A stretch of 64,000 nucleotides of DNA, from contig NW_026515700.1 in NCBI RefSeq assembly GCF_025526975.1, positions 62,001-126,000 of the forward strand. Reading direction: 5' to 3'. The notes beneath the pieces were generated by a model, which was given only the letters and a program-made list of their open reading frames with translations, ran no database searches and was not told the DNA's origin. The translations under genes were made by a program, and so were the position numbers. Position 1 is the first letter of the stretch, and each line of letters opens with the position of its first letter. The stretch is from Fimicolochytrium jonesii. Its lineage: Eukaryota. Of this stretch, positions 26,300 through 38,661 are shown in pieces.

Positions 26300-26764
26300 T
26301 GTTTGACTTGGTCGCTTTTGCAGTGCCAAGATTGTAATATCAAGATGGGATGGTGTTCCAGACACCTTCAGACGTCCTTATCACGCTGACAAAAGCTAGG
26401 AGCTAGGTGAAAACCTGTGCTGCCCAGCTACTCGTTCCAGTCGATAGACACCCCACCGAGGTTTTACGATCCACTAGGAAGTCTTGGGATGAGTGTCAGC
26501 CGCTGCTCTCGGAAGGTCGCTGTTATGTGGGTCAATTGAGACGGCAAACGGCGAGAGGGCATCGCCTCAGCAATCGCGTGAGGTTTTGCTCGCAGTCCGC
26601 TCCAGATCATCCAGATTCTGTCAGCAGACTTTTGTGGCCGGCTCCCAGACTAGTACGTACGTACACGCCCATCTCCCGCATGCGACAAGGCATACTATCT
26701 CCCATCCGGATGAAACTTATTCCTCTCCAAACTATTCCTACACAAACCCCTGCCCGAACGCCCC

Positions 26765-28085
26765 GAACGTATATAAGACCTACCGAGCCTGACCGACTAT
26801 CGCCGAGTGCAGTTGAGCTGACCAGTTGAACAGCATAGGTCGGTGTAGCAAGCTGTGATGCATCACCATACCTGTCGCTTGTGCGCTGTTGTATACCCAA
26901 GATCATCGTCTGTCGTTACTGCGAGCTGAAGAGAAAATCCCTGAACGAGAGCCTTTCGGATATGGAGCTCTCTTTTCTCCTCTGCGCATGACCCCATTGC
27001 CAATCCCTGCTCGCGACATTCCCTAACTATAATGTCGTGAAACGCTGTCAGCAGACTTCAGCACATTGTAATCCAAGACATTGTCGTTGCACCACTTCCG
27101 TTGTTCAGTAGCCGGCGTGCTACGGAACCTTTTCATGATTTCCAGAATAGTCATGTGGTCCCCGTTGGTATTGACAAACTGAGAGTTTCGCTCCTCAGCC
27201 TGCTCCAGCATGCGCCTGTCATTCGGGAAAACGTATACCGGCTCCGTGTGCTCGAGTAACGACATAATTTGGCACATTTCCCCCAACTTGCAGTTGGCAT
27301 CCCGCCAGTACCGCGACGGCAGCTTGTACATCGATGCTGAATAAGGAATAATGGCGGGCGACAATGTGACGTTCGATATTAGTATTACCATGGGCATGCC
27401 GGACGTAAAAATATGCGCGAGATGGACGTACGCGTGGGCTTAGCAAAAAAGAGGCACCGATGGAAGTCCCATGCGCTTGCGCATCGGAATGTCCTCATCT
27501 TGTCTCATACGTTCAAGTTTTGGGTATGGCTCCTCTCGAAAATCACGGTGGTACTGACAGGAGCTATAGAGCGCGAAGCATTTCCTAGTTGCCGCTCGCT
27601 CAGCTCGCAAATTAGCGTCGACCTGGGGAATGAAGCTCGTTCGAAGTTCTTACATTCGATCGACGGGACAAACTCCTTGCGTTTCCACACACCGGTGTCA
27701 CTCACTGAGTCATTCCTTCCACGTCAATGTTCTTGGCTCGGGACAAGTGGCAAGCACGATTTTATGTTTCCCTTTTTCCTTGCCAGCTGGGAACAGACGG
27801 TCGTAATCTTCCGAAGGCAGAATTGAATGCCGCGGAAGCATTGTATCATGCACATCCTCCGGGAAATCCGTAGTACAACGCTTCAACCGGTTTTCGAATC
27901 TACGTACAGTATGTCCGCTTCCTCGGCGAGAAGCACCACAATCCCACTGATGAATGTTTGGATCGATGCCATGGAGTTGAGCCTGAGGCCGCCGCATGGA
28001 TTGATGAACCTCAAACCTGCACAATTGACAGAAGACGCGCTGTCGAAATATGACATTGACATTGCGGAGTCAAATGATGTACAGT
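26765..28085 (-). pseudogene. Degenerate DEAH-box (Prp43/Prp22-like) RNA helicase relic
   Basis: Collinear decayed motifs across several frames: SYFDSA, SGIVVLLAEEADI, HSILPSEDYDRLF...KIVLAT, VSDTG..K, GDHMTILEI...WCNDNVLDYNVLKSA, IRKALVQGF...GYTT..RQV, R*VLY. Frameshifts and stops are present. Confidence 0.75.
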
Positions 28086-29046
28086 AAGTATATTTGGGAT
28101 CTGCGGAGTGCAGAGTTTCTCACCCTTCATGACCGGCCCTGGCAAGCGAGCCCTTTTTTCCCTGGAGGTAATACCCACAAATGGGAAGTTGTACTCGTCT
28201 CCGTATCTTATTGAGAAATTGAAGAGCGCGCAAGGTAGCATACTATCTCCGCACCTCAACCCTATCGGCTCATAAAATCGTAGGGCGCTGTGGAGTGACA
28301 TGCAACAATTTCGCACTTCTAACGCAAAACATGGCTTTTTTTCTTCTCTGGTAACCCATGCCCTCGTCCCCTACATCGACTTAACGCACACGTGCGAGGA
28401 TGGAGAAGTTCTTAGCGGAAACTCCAATGGAGCGGGAAGCGAAGTGTTCGGACCAATTAATCAGGTATAGTTTGGAGAAAGGCTCCAATTGGAGAACGTC
28501 TCCGTCTGTCGCATTCTCCACTATGGCGGGCAAGAAGAGAAAGAACTTTGTCGAACCATCCAAGCTGCCAAGTTCGAGATTCGGCATTTTCGCAAGGGAA
28601 TGCGACTATAATGATGTTGGAGAGTGCGGAGTTCGTTGACGAATGAAAAAATGAAAAAGTGGAGGGGAAATTGGTCAATTTCCCGCAACGAAGCTCTCCA
28701 CTAGCTAATTTCGCAATTCGCTTGCCCACAGCTTCGTTACTGTTTCCTCTACAGCTGCCTAGCATGCCTGTAGCGGAACCTGCGGGGAACAGCGGTTTCT
28801 CTTCGCTCGCGACCAGATGTCTTCGACAAAATCCGCGACGGGAGATGGGTCCCGAAATTCTATAAAAGACCGATGGTCCATCGCTCTTCCCACTTCTCAT
28901 CATCCGGCTCCGTTCTTTCGAACACATCCTCATCCCACCTTCTTCAAACCAACCACCATCAGCCGCAACCTTCTTCGCTCGATTCTTTCGCTTAGTCAAC
29001 AACTTCTCTTACTCTCGATTTCAATCACCTTTCGAAATCAATCAAC

Positions 29047-31774
29047 ATGAAGGCCACGTTCATCCTCGCTGCCTCCATCGTTCCTTTCATCCTCAGCGCC
29101 GCCGCTGCTCCCGCTCCCCAGAATGCGGTAGGTGTCCTGTCTGGTTAGTTACTCTCAAGGACCTATCGCCTGCATGCTCATTCTTTGGTCTTCCAGGTTG
29201 CTGCCGGATTCAAGAAGTTCGAGCAGCCCAAGAAGAACGAGTTCAGCAACAATGAGTTCCAGAATAACAATGCCAACAACAACCAAAACCATCATGCTGA
29301 GAAGAAGAGTACGCCTTTATAGCATCTCATCGGATGTGTAGACACACTCACTTACTTTCCTTTCACTTCTCCTCAGACGCTAATAACGAGAACAACTTGA
29401 AAAAGGATCACATCCAAGCCAATCAGGTATGTCGAACGCTGTCCACACCCACACTTTTCACTGGCACATGCGTCTGACATCTACATCCTGCTCGATAGAA
29501 AAACCAGGCGGTTGCCAAAAAGAATCAAGAGAACAACTTCAAAAAGGATCACAAGGCAAGTATCTCACACTCACAGCGTGCTTCCGATCATAACACGCTA
29601 CTTACCGCTCTTACATCGCCTCCAAAACGACGGCAGAACCAAAACAACAAGAATCAGTTCAACAATGCCAATAAAGAGGACAGCAGTGAGTACCTCATAC
29701 ATTTTGTGTGAGCGTGTTGATGTGGCTTTCTCAACCATCTCGCTTCCTCAACGTTCCTTGCAGACAACTGGAACCAGAACAATGCCAAGAAGCAAGACAA
29801 CAAGCAATTCAACAAGAAGGAGGTTGAAGCTGCTGACGTCGATGCTGAGGAGGTTCAGGCCGCTGGGATTGGCTTCGGTGGCTTTGATGGTTTTGGGAAG
29901 AAGAAAGACGGTTTCGGCTTCGGCGGTGGCAAGGTATATTCGTCTCACCGATTTCCCGCCTAACGCATCAACGCTCAACCTGCCCCTCATCTCGTAGAAG
30001 AAGGACCAGGGTTACGGCTACGGAAAGAAGCACGGGAACGCCTACGGGAACACCTACTACAAGAAATATGATGCCGAGCCCGCTGAGGTCGAAGCGGCTG
30101 GAGTCGAGCCCGCTGAGGTCGAAGCGGCTGGAAAATACGGCGGCTACGGTGGTTATGGCGGCTACGGTGGTTACGGCGGCTACGGTGGTTTCGGCCCCTA
30201 CGGTGGTTACGGCGGCCACGGTGGTTACGGCGGTTTCGGCTACCTTGAAGCCGAGCCCGCTGAGGTCGAAGCGGCTGGTTACGGCGGCTACGGTGGGAAG
30301 AAGGGCGGCCCCTACGGTGGGCCCTACGGTGGAAAGAAGGGCGGCCCTTACGGTGGGCCCTACGGTGGGAAGAAGGGCGGCCCCTACGGTGGAAAGAAGG
30401 GTGGCCCCTACGGTGGAAAGAAGGGTGGCTACGGAGGATTCAAAAAGGTAGTGTCATCTTATCCACCTTGGCGCCGGCTCGTCCCAAAGCATTAACACTC
30501 GGCTGACTATGCACCTACTCTACAAGGACGCCGACGTCGAGGAAGTGGAAGCCGCTGGATTCAAGAAGGGCTTCCCCGAAAAGAAGAAGAATGAATACAA
30601 CAACAACCACTACGCCAACAATAACCAGAACCAAAACAACGAACATCACAATGAGAAGAAGAGTATGTCACGGCATTTCGTCACTGATCTGGGTTCGAAC
30701 TCTTTTAACGCTCTCAAACAGACGCCAACAACGAAAACAACCTCAAGAAGGATCACGTCGAAGCGAACCAGGTGAGATCCCTGTTCTTACTCGCTCTTCA
30801 GCGCACCTCTAACAGCGATTCGTTACCGCGTCTCCCTGTAGAAAAATCAAGCGTTGAAAAAGGTCAACCAGCAGAACAACTTCAAGAAGGATCACGAAAA
30901 CCAGAACAACAAGAACCGTAGGAGATCTCTGCTCGTGACTTCAACCGCGCGCTAGTCCGTGCGATTAACCCACTTCTCGATCTCTCCATCCCCTCTCGGC
31001 CCCATAGAGTTCAACAACGCTCAAAAGAAAGACCAGAGTGAGAACCACACATTCGCCAAGGCTGCATTTTGCATCTCCCTCGCTCACCACAACATCCCAT
31101 ACAGACAACTGGAACCAGAACAACGCGAAAAAGCAAGACAACAAGCAATTCAACAAGAAGGAGGTCGAAGCTGCTGACGTCGATGCTGAGGAGGTTGAAG
31201 CCGCCGGATTCAAGAAAGGAAAGAATGAGTGGAACAACCATGATTTCCAGAAGAACAATAACAACAATAACAACGAACATCACGCGGAGAAGAAGAGTAA
31301 GTCAGGCCGTTCTCCCGCTAGATGTGTAGACCGCTTAATCTTTCCATCTCCCGCTCTCAGACGCCCTGAACCAAAACAACGAGCAGAAGGATCACATCGT
31401 TCGTATCACAACATTCAGAGCAACCTCCCGCTCAGGACACACTACTCACCACTCTTGAACACAACGTTTCCAGCAAGCAAACCAGAAGAATCAGGAGTTG
31501 AAGAAGGTCAACCAAGAGAACAACTTCAAGAAAGATCACGGTCTGTTCCATTGCTTGCAGGCCAATCTCTTCCCTCAACATACTCACGTTGATATCTTCC
31601 CAACAGCGAACCAAAACAACAAGAATCAGTTCAACAATGCCAAGAAGAAGGATAGCAGTGAGTGCCTCTCCATCCTGACTTTCTCCTGACATAGCCTTCT
31701 CACCATCCCTTGCAGACAACCAAAACAACAACAATCAGAAGAAGCAAGATCAGAAGCAGTTCAACAAATACTGA
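29047..31774 (+). CDS. Secreted repetitive polyprotein: signal peptide, 3 N/K/Q-rich modules and Gly-Tyr-rich modules separated by acidic EVEAAG spacers (~16 small exons)
   Basis: Signal-like MKATFILAASIVPFILSAAAAP. The spliced frame stays open to TGA at 31772-31774. Repeats include NNWNQNNAKKQDNKQFNKK, NQENNFKKDH, GGY and GGKKGGPY. Confidence 0.85.
30070..30447 (+). repeat. Coding tandem repeats: GAGCCCGCTGAGGTCGAAGCGGCTGG x3, (GGY)n and (GGKKGGPY)n
   Basis: Near-identical nucleotide units visible directly in the 30070-30447 part of the exon. Confidence 0.9.
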
Positions 31775-32646
31775 GCTATCCACGGCGTAGATTTGCAGTG
31801 ATTCGGATGTTCCTATCTTAGCGGCGGCAGTTTCTCCGCAATTCTCATCCCCTTAGTGTAGTTTCTTCCCTTCTCGCAGTCTCTTCCCCTCCCCTCTTCT
31901 CTTCTGTACCTTGTACTACTCTCTATCAATCAAAACTGCTTTAAAAAAAACATTCTGTTCTTCCTCACGTCAACATGTCTTCTGGAAAATGGGTTGCGAT
32001 CAATTCTCTCTTATTTTGTTGACGTTGTCTTTTGCACTCTTCTTTCTCTCTTTTTCTCTTTGGGATCTCTCTCTTCCTTTCGCTCATGTTTTCATTTTAA
32101 TATATCCTTCTCGCGATCGAGTTGGATCAATGTGCAGTATCGTTTGCCATTTTATCGCCTTAATCCCGTTCCTTCGTCGTTAGATTAGATCTGGACAAGC
32201 ACTGCCCTCCTTCCCCTCTGGAGAATCAATGTCTGGAATAGACTTGCATTCAAAGCACTTCGTAATCGCGAGTTCGCGAGAAGAGACCCTCTGCCAAGGC
32301 TCCATTTGAAGTTTGAAGCAGAAATATGGGGACCATCAGTCTGAGGTCGCGTCGCGGACGCTCGTTTTGTCCGAACCCGTCAACGCGTGTCCGAATCGAG
32401 AACCTTGGGAATCAGATTTCTTTCGGACGTGGGTTTGCTTGGAAGCACAGCAACTGAGAAGCACAGCAATCCTTCCCCGCTGAAGCGAACGAGCAACATC
32501 GACAGTCGGCTCTCCTAGCGTTTACGTTTCGAAGCAAAGTCGACCCAGAACCGTTGCGGTGAGAATCACCGGCAGTCGAACGCTCAATAGCTTTTCAAAG
32601 GACGCACCGATATCCATTCACCTCGGGGTTTTCCAAACTCGTCAAG

Positions 32647-35600
32647 ATGGCTCAGACTTCCTCATATTTTATCAACGTCAACTACCAGCAGGAGAAAGGT
32701 ATTGTCCAGCGAGCATCTTTCTCCCAATCGGTTACTGCTTGCTGTGCCATGGGCCGGGGACTAAAGGAAATCGATTCGGCATCCTGATCATTCATTTTCC
32801 AGAAAAAATTACAAGCTTCATAGAGAAGTTTGCGGTGGAGCTGGAGAGTCCCGAGTCTGACGCGGACGACGATGTTTTCCAGACTAGGAGAAATGCGAAA
32901 GTCGCTCGCACGTCCTTCCCATATGCGGAACAGTTGGTACGGATGTCTGGACGCCGAGGGAAAAGGCGCTGCAATCTGCATGCGCTTATTGTCTTTTGTA
33001 CTCTGGTTGTTTCCATAGAAAGCACTCGCCGACAAAACTCAGTCCAAGCTCGAGATAGCTTTGGACGACGTCGCAGCGGTGAGTACACCTTGCCATGATA
33101 GTACAGACCTCATTCTGACTCTCTTTCTCAGTTCGAGGAGAGTGAAGAGCTGGTCAGGAACATCGAGCAAAACACCAAACGTTACGTCAACTTGTTCTAC
33201 GAGTGCGTGGACGCACTTCTTCCCGAAAGCACAAATCAGGTATGATTGCAGCTTGGTAGTGATTGCGCACATTCCGTCGCCTGACAAAGTTGATGATCAG
33301 TCCACTGAGGAGAGCGACCCTCTCGATGTAATCTTGAACCAAAGAAGGCAGCATGACGCTGCTAGGGAGGGAACGAACGCATCAGGGTTTTCACCAGAGC
33401 TGACTCGTAGATAGTGAGTACTGTTGATCAGCAATGTACCGCATGCCCTGCTCACATCATATCCCCCGGCACAATAGCACGCTGTACTTCAAAGCGCGGA
33501 GTAGCACGAAAGGAATGTCAGTCCGAGAAGTGAAGGGAATGTCTGTAGGGCAGTTGGTGAAAGTGAGAGGAATCGTCACCCGCGTTAGCGACGTGAAACC
33601 ACAAGCTGTCGTCATGGCGCTCAGTTGTGACAAATGCGGGAACGAAATTTTTCAAGAGGTGAGGCTACAAAATACGCACTGCAACCTTGGAATCTCAATG
33701 ACCATTCGATCATATCTTTCCAACCCGATAGGTCACCTCGCATAGTTTCATGCCCCTCACGGAATGCCCGAGCGAAGACTGCAAGAAAAATCAATCGAAG
33801 GGAAAGCTTTACCTGCAAACTCGAGCTTCCAAACTTGTGAAATTTCAGGAAATCAAGCTTCAGGAACTGGTATGTAAATGCTTTCGACCGCATCTTGTAA
33901 ACGCCGAGATTAACATCTCAACAGACCGACCAAGTTCCCATGGGCCACATCCCTCGATCGATGAGTGTACACTTGTACAGTGAGATGACGCGTACCGTCA
34001 ATCCTGGAGACGTGGTGTATATCTCAGGAATCTTCCTGCCCATTCCTTACACTGGATTCCGAGCGTTGAGAGCTGGACTCATAACGGACACCTACTTGGA
34101 AGCACACCACATTCACCAAGTGAAAGAGCAATACTCGGAGATGCGCATGACCCCTGAGATTGAGGCACGGCTCATGGATCTGCAAAATGAACAGGGTCTG
34201 TACACGAGACTGGCGCAAAGCATCGCACCTGAAATCTGGGGTGTCGACGACGTCAAGAAGGCGCTCTTGCTGCTTCTCATCGGTGGAAGCACAAAGGAGA
34301 CGCGAGATGGCATGAGGATCCGTGGTGATCTCAACGTCTGTTTGATGGGTGATCCCGGAGTTGCGAAATCTCAGTTGCTGAAGCAGATCAGTAAGATCGC
34401 TCCACGAGGAGTGTACACGACTGGTCGTGGAAGTTCTGGCGTGGGTTTGACTGCCAGTGTGATGAAGGACCCCATCACGGAGGAAATGGTCTTGGAAGGA
34501 GGAGCCCTGGTGCTGGCCGACAATGGTATCGCGTGCATTGATGAATTCGATAAGATGGATGAGAACGACCGGACTGCTATCCATGAGGTCATGGAACAGC
34601 AGACTATCAGTATCAGCAAGGTGAGTTTCCCGGACCGCGAAAGCTTTTACGGTTTATTAACTTCATCCTACAATTATTAGGCAGGAATCACTACCACGTT
34701 GAACGCTAGGGCTTCCATCCTCGCTGCAGCCAATCCACAGTTTGGTCGTTACAATCCCAAGAAGCGAGTTGCCGAAAACATCAACCTTCCCACCGCCCTG
34801 CTGAGTCGTTTCGATATTCTGTGGTTGATGCTTGACAAGCCCTCGATGGACACGGATTTAAGGTACCTCGATTCAGGCCATTCGGACGCCATAGAGATCT
34901 CGACTGACAATGTATTGCTTTCTCCTGCTAGACTGGCCCGGCACGTTGCCCACGTCCACATGCACATGCAACATCCTCGCTTGGAGGGCGACATCGAGCC
35001 CGTTGACGCAATGCTGATGAGGTAAACATTGAATTCATCCCATCTATACCTGAAACACCACTTACCCGGTTCATCGACAGGTTCTATGTCGCGAGGGCCC
35101 GTTCTTACGACCCAGAAGTGCCACCGGACGTCGCGGACTACATTGTAAACGCGTACGTCAACCAGCGAGCGCGATACAAGGAAACACAGGAGTTCCAGTA
35201 CACCTCTGCCAGGACCCTGTTGAGTATTGTTCGCATGACGACCGCATTGGTAAGGATTCTCCGATGTGGAAATGTCCGGGCCCATTGTCGAAAGAGCTTA
35301 TATCCTGACCATCTGCGGTTTGCCTCCAATGAAACTAGGCTCGTTTGCGATTTGCTTCCGAGGTGATCATCGACGACGTGGACGAAGCCTTGCGGTTGGT
35401 TGAAGTCAGCAAAGCAAGTTTGAACAACGCGGACGAGATGGAGGAGCGGTAAGCCCGATAGAAGCACCTCTCCTCGTCTAATCAGTATGATCTGTGATTC
35501 TGATGTCTGCTCCTTCAGCGACCCCATCTCGGTCATCTTCGACCTGATCAAAGACATCTCGAGGGATGGTGAAGGACGGATCAGGCCTGAGATTAGGTAT

Positions 35601-35832
35601 GTATCTTGTTTCGGTGCCGGGCTGCGGACCACTCTGTGCCAAGCTGCGGACCACGAACTTATACATCCTATATCTACAATCTTGTAGGATGGAGAGGGTC
35701 ATCAACCGCATCATTGGAAAGGGATTCACCCGCGACGAGCTTGACCAGTGTCTCGAGACGTACAGCGATCTGTGGATGATTACCGCCAACGGGACTATCT
35801 TGCGTTGGTCGAATACGGAGGCGGATGTGTAA
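32647..35832 (+). CDS. MCM7: DNA replication licensing factor MCM7 (multi-exon)
   Basis: [18 protein letters not shown]...CPSEDC zinc finger, [21 protein letters not shown] (Walker A), [10 protein letters not shown] (Walker B), LLSRFD (Arg finger), TSARTLL. Confidence 0.96.
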
Positions 35833-36520
35833 TTGTTGGGGGAGTAGGGATGTATGGATGGACATGAGGTGTTTTGAACGAGGGAACATTTTGGCTCGGG
35901 CTAACTGAACAGTTGGAGGTCTTGGCGCTTTGCGGTAGTGTATATTGAGGGGGGGCTTTGTATAGTCAGGGAGGCGGGGTTTCTCAGTCGGAATTCGTGT
36001 ATTCTAATCGTGAGGATGTGAAAATAATATATCTGTGCTTGAAGAGAGTGTTAGCGGTAGCGTTCCCCAGAGCCGCGTTGGGGTTACGGATCCGGAACCT
36101 TTACATAATGGCACCCAGTCGAGGAAACTTTAAGCAGAGGCTACGATGCACTTTCACAAACCAAGCATTCTTGAACCAGACCAGAGCCGGGAGTGAACAG
36201 TGCCTGCTCCAGCAGAACAGTCGGAGAAAACAAACGGCGACAATGTATGTACAAAGCTGATGAAAGCCAGAGAAAGAAGATAAATACAAAAGAAGCCGAG
36301 AGGGCACACAAGTGAACTTGTCTGATGAGCCAAAATGGGGGAGGGGAATGGGGGGAAGGGGTATATGGCGTGCGTCGCAGTACGGGCAAGGTTTTCGCTC
36401 GGACATGACCATTATCTGCTCTCAACCGGTGAGGGTGACGGAAATTTGCGGAAAAGGTTCAACTCGCTACGGTGGTCCATCCACAAGTTTGTTTGACGGT
36501 GACAACCGCCCCACGCTAAG

Positions 36521-37452
36521 CTAATGCATCAAATCGAAACCGGGGTTCGTCCGCACGAGGTTAACGTAGTACTGCTGCAGCACTTCCATGGAACATGATA
36601 ATCTCCAGCCGATCATTTTGCAGAAATCCATCTCAATAAGGTTGAGTTCTGTTAGCGGGAGCCCTCCGACCTGGTAGATTTGTTAGTCGGCCGACTACGG
36701 GTTCGAGGAGAACGGGTTGATTCGTCGGCGCTTACCCGAGCATAATACGTATTCGTGCAATAAATATCAGAGAGGGCTTTGCTTCCCACAGTGACTGCAG
36801 CTATTATGAATCTGGACTCAATGGTACAAGTTAGCGTGCTGCTTTCGCCCCTGAGACCGCCACTGCAGACTGCGACCCAGGCAACGCACCGATGGACAGT
36901 CAGACTCGATATCGTGAAATGCTGATGAATGTCGCATATTCGGTCAATGTAGACCAGTATTGTTATTATTACAGATGGCTCCACGGAGGCATATTTCACT
37001 ACTCGTCGTAAGTAATCCTCGGGCTTTATTCTGGATGAGAAGTGTTACCGTCGTGAGAAGAACCATTTGCGAATGCTTCGAACAAGATAGTCTGTGACTT
37101 ACGCTGGTGGTGCCCGTGAATGGAACCGAGTTATTGTTGCCGAAGTAAGGGGTATTCGATCGTTATGGAGGATAAGCCTGCTGATCATTTCCATAACCAA
37201 CTGTGATACAAATGCGGAATCGCAATTCTGCAGTTCACGTGGCACAGCCACTTTTGTCGGTGGAGTCTGTTGCTGGGCGGGCGCTGCCGGTGCGTGCTGC
37301 TCCTGCTGCTGTTGTTGTTGCTGTGTCGCCGCATTCGACGGAGGACCATGCTGGTTTGAGACGTCCTGCTGTTCCGCTGGTGGTGCTGCTGGAGGGTGTG
37401 CCGGCGCCGGTGAGGATGTAACCTGCGGGGGTTGATGGCCACCCGTGCTCAT
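36521..37452 (-). CDS. Pho80/Pcl-family cyclin (multi-exon)
   Basis: LILHNDRIP...TRFHSRAPP, DYLRRVVKYA, LVYIDR, SSLTVHRFIIAAVTVGSKALSDIYCTNTYYARVGGLPLTELNLIEMDF. Confidence 0.9.
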
Positions 37453-38457
37453 CTTGAAGCGGTGACAATAAAGCAACAGGCCTCAGTCCGTTGTGGGGCG
37501 ACGCAGCTACTGTATTTCATTTGCGTCTATCTGAAAATGAGGGGGGGGAATGCTTACAGAGTAGGTTCCCCGCTGTTCCTTCCTGCACGCAGACCCAGTA
37601 GGCACCGGGTGCTGCTGCCGTTCTGGAGTTACAGCAATTGTCGACGCGAGCACGGCCGAGCGTGGCAGAATGACCGTCAGCTTGGAAATTACTCGGTGGG
37701 TGCAAGCGCCAACGGCTCTTTCTTTCGTCGCCTTCCTCTCGAAATGGGCATTCGTTGAGCCCAGACGCGCCTGACCCCTGTTCTGGGACTCCAGCTGTTT
37801 ATCTCCGTAGTCGAACAAGCCGACACTTGCTCGCTTGAATTGACTGGACTGAGAGGACCGCTGGGCTCCGTGTTGGAGGTTTGCTCTGAACCCACTGCAC
37901 AGATATGCCCAGCCGATGAGTGCAGCTGCTGGGAGCGCGAACGGTATTTAACAGCTGAGCTGGCTGAGCTGGACGTTCTGGCGCCGCGCGTAATTAACGG
38001 TGGTGATGGATGTCCACGCATGGCGGGAGGGGACACGTGTGTGTGTTATTGGCAGGCCTTCCGAGGCCGTCATCCCCGTATACCCTCCTCATCAACCATT
38101 CCCGCACATATGTACAGTACTGTACTCCACCTTCCTTTTCCTGTCATCAGGGCTTTCGCGCCCAAGTATTGATGTTGACAGATTCAAGGTGCTACAGTAT
38201 GTCACTCATCTGCCTTCTGATTGCAGTTATATACATCTACACCACACATGCATGGCACAGATGAGAGTTGATCGAACCTCTCTTGGGCATTTCATCTCTT
38301 CGCAAGAGTGCTGGATTACAAGGAACATATACATGTGCTATGTAGAATATCGACATCCCTCCTGAATACGAGACTTATGAAGATACGACAACAACAACTT
38401 TCGAACATGACTGGTATCGATCCTCCCACTCCCAGCCTAGCTCATCCGTACACCCTC

Positions 38458-38661
38458 TCACTTGCCCTTGCTACCGCCTTGAGCAGCGCCCTTCCCGCCG
38501 CCTCCTCCACTACTTGTGCTACCGCTCCTATCGCCGGCGGACTGGGCCCTGGACGCGAAGGTTCCGGAACCAACGTTGTGCCCGGCTTTGGCTTGGGAGG
38601 ATTGAATGTTGGATGCAGCGGATTTGGTCATTGGGGTTGATTTTTGACCGCCGGAGGGCAT
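38458..38661 (-). CDS. Small hydrophilic SMP/LEA-like stress protein (67 aa)
   Basis: MTKSAASNIQSSQAK...VGSGTFASRAQSAGD matches the widespread MT..AASRIQS...GSFAARAQSA small-protein pattern. TATATAA on the minus strand near 38833-38839. Confidence 0.7.
   Translation of the reverse strand: MPSGGQKSTPMTKSAASNIQSSQAKAGHNVGSGTFASRAQSAGDRSGSTSSGGGGGKGAAQGGSKGK

Noticed and set aside
30070..30280. 26-nt direct repeats as a possible CRISPR array
   Set aside because: Spacers are irregular, the repeats encode EPAEVEAAG in frame, the context is eukaryotic and there are no cas genes.
30068..30451. ORF-track protein with AATVV / RRAAPTVG repeats
   Set aside because: Wrong frame of the Gly-Tyr exon. 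The spliced frame gives GGY/GGKKGGPY and continues the signal-peptide protein.
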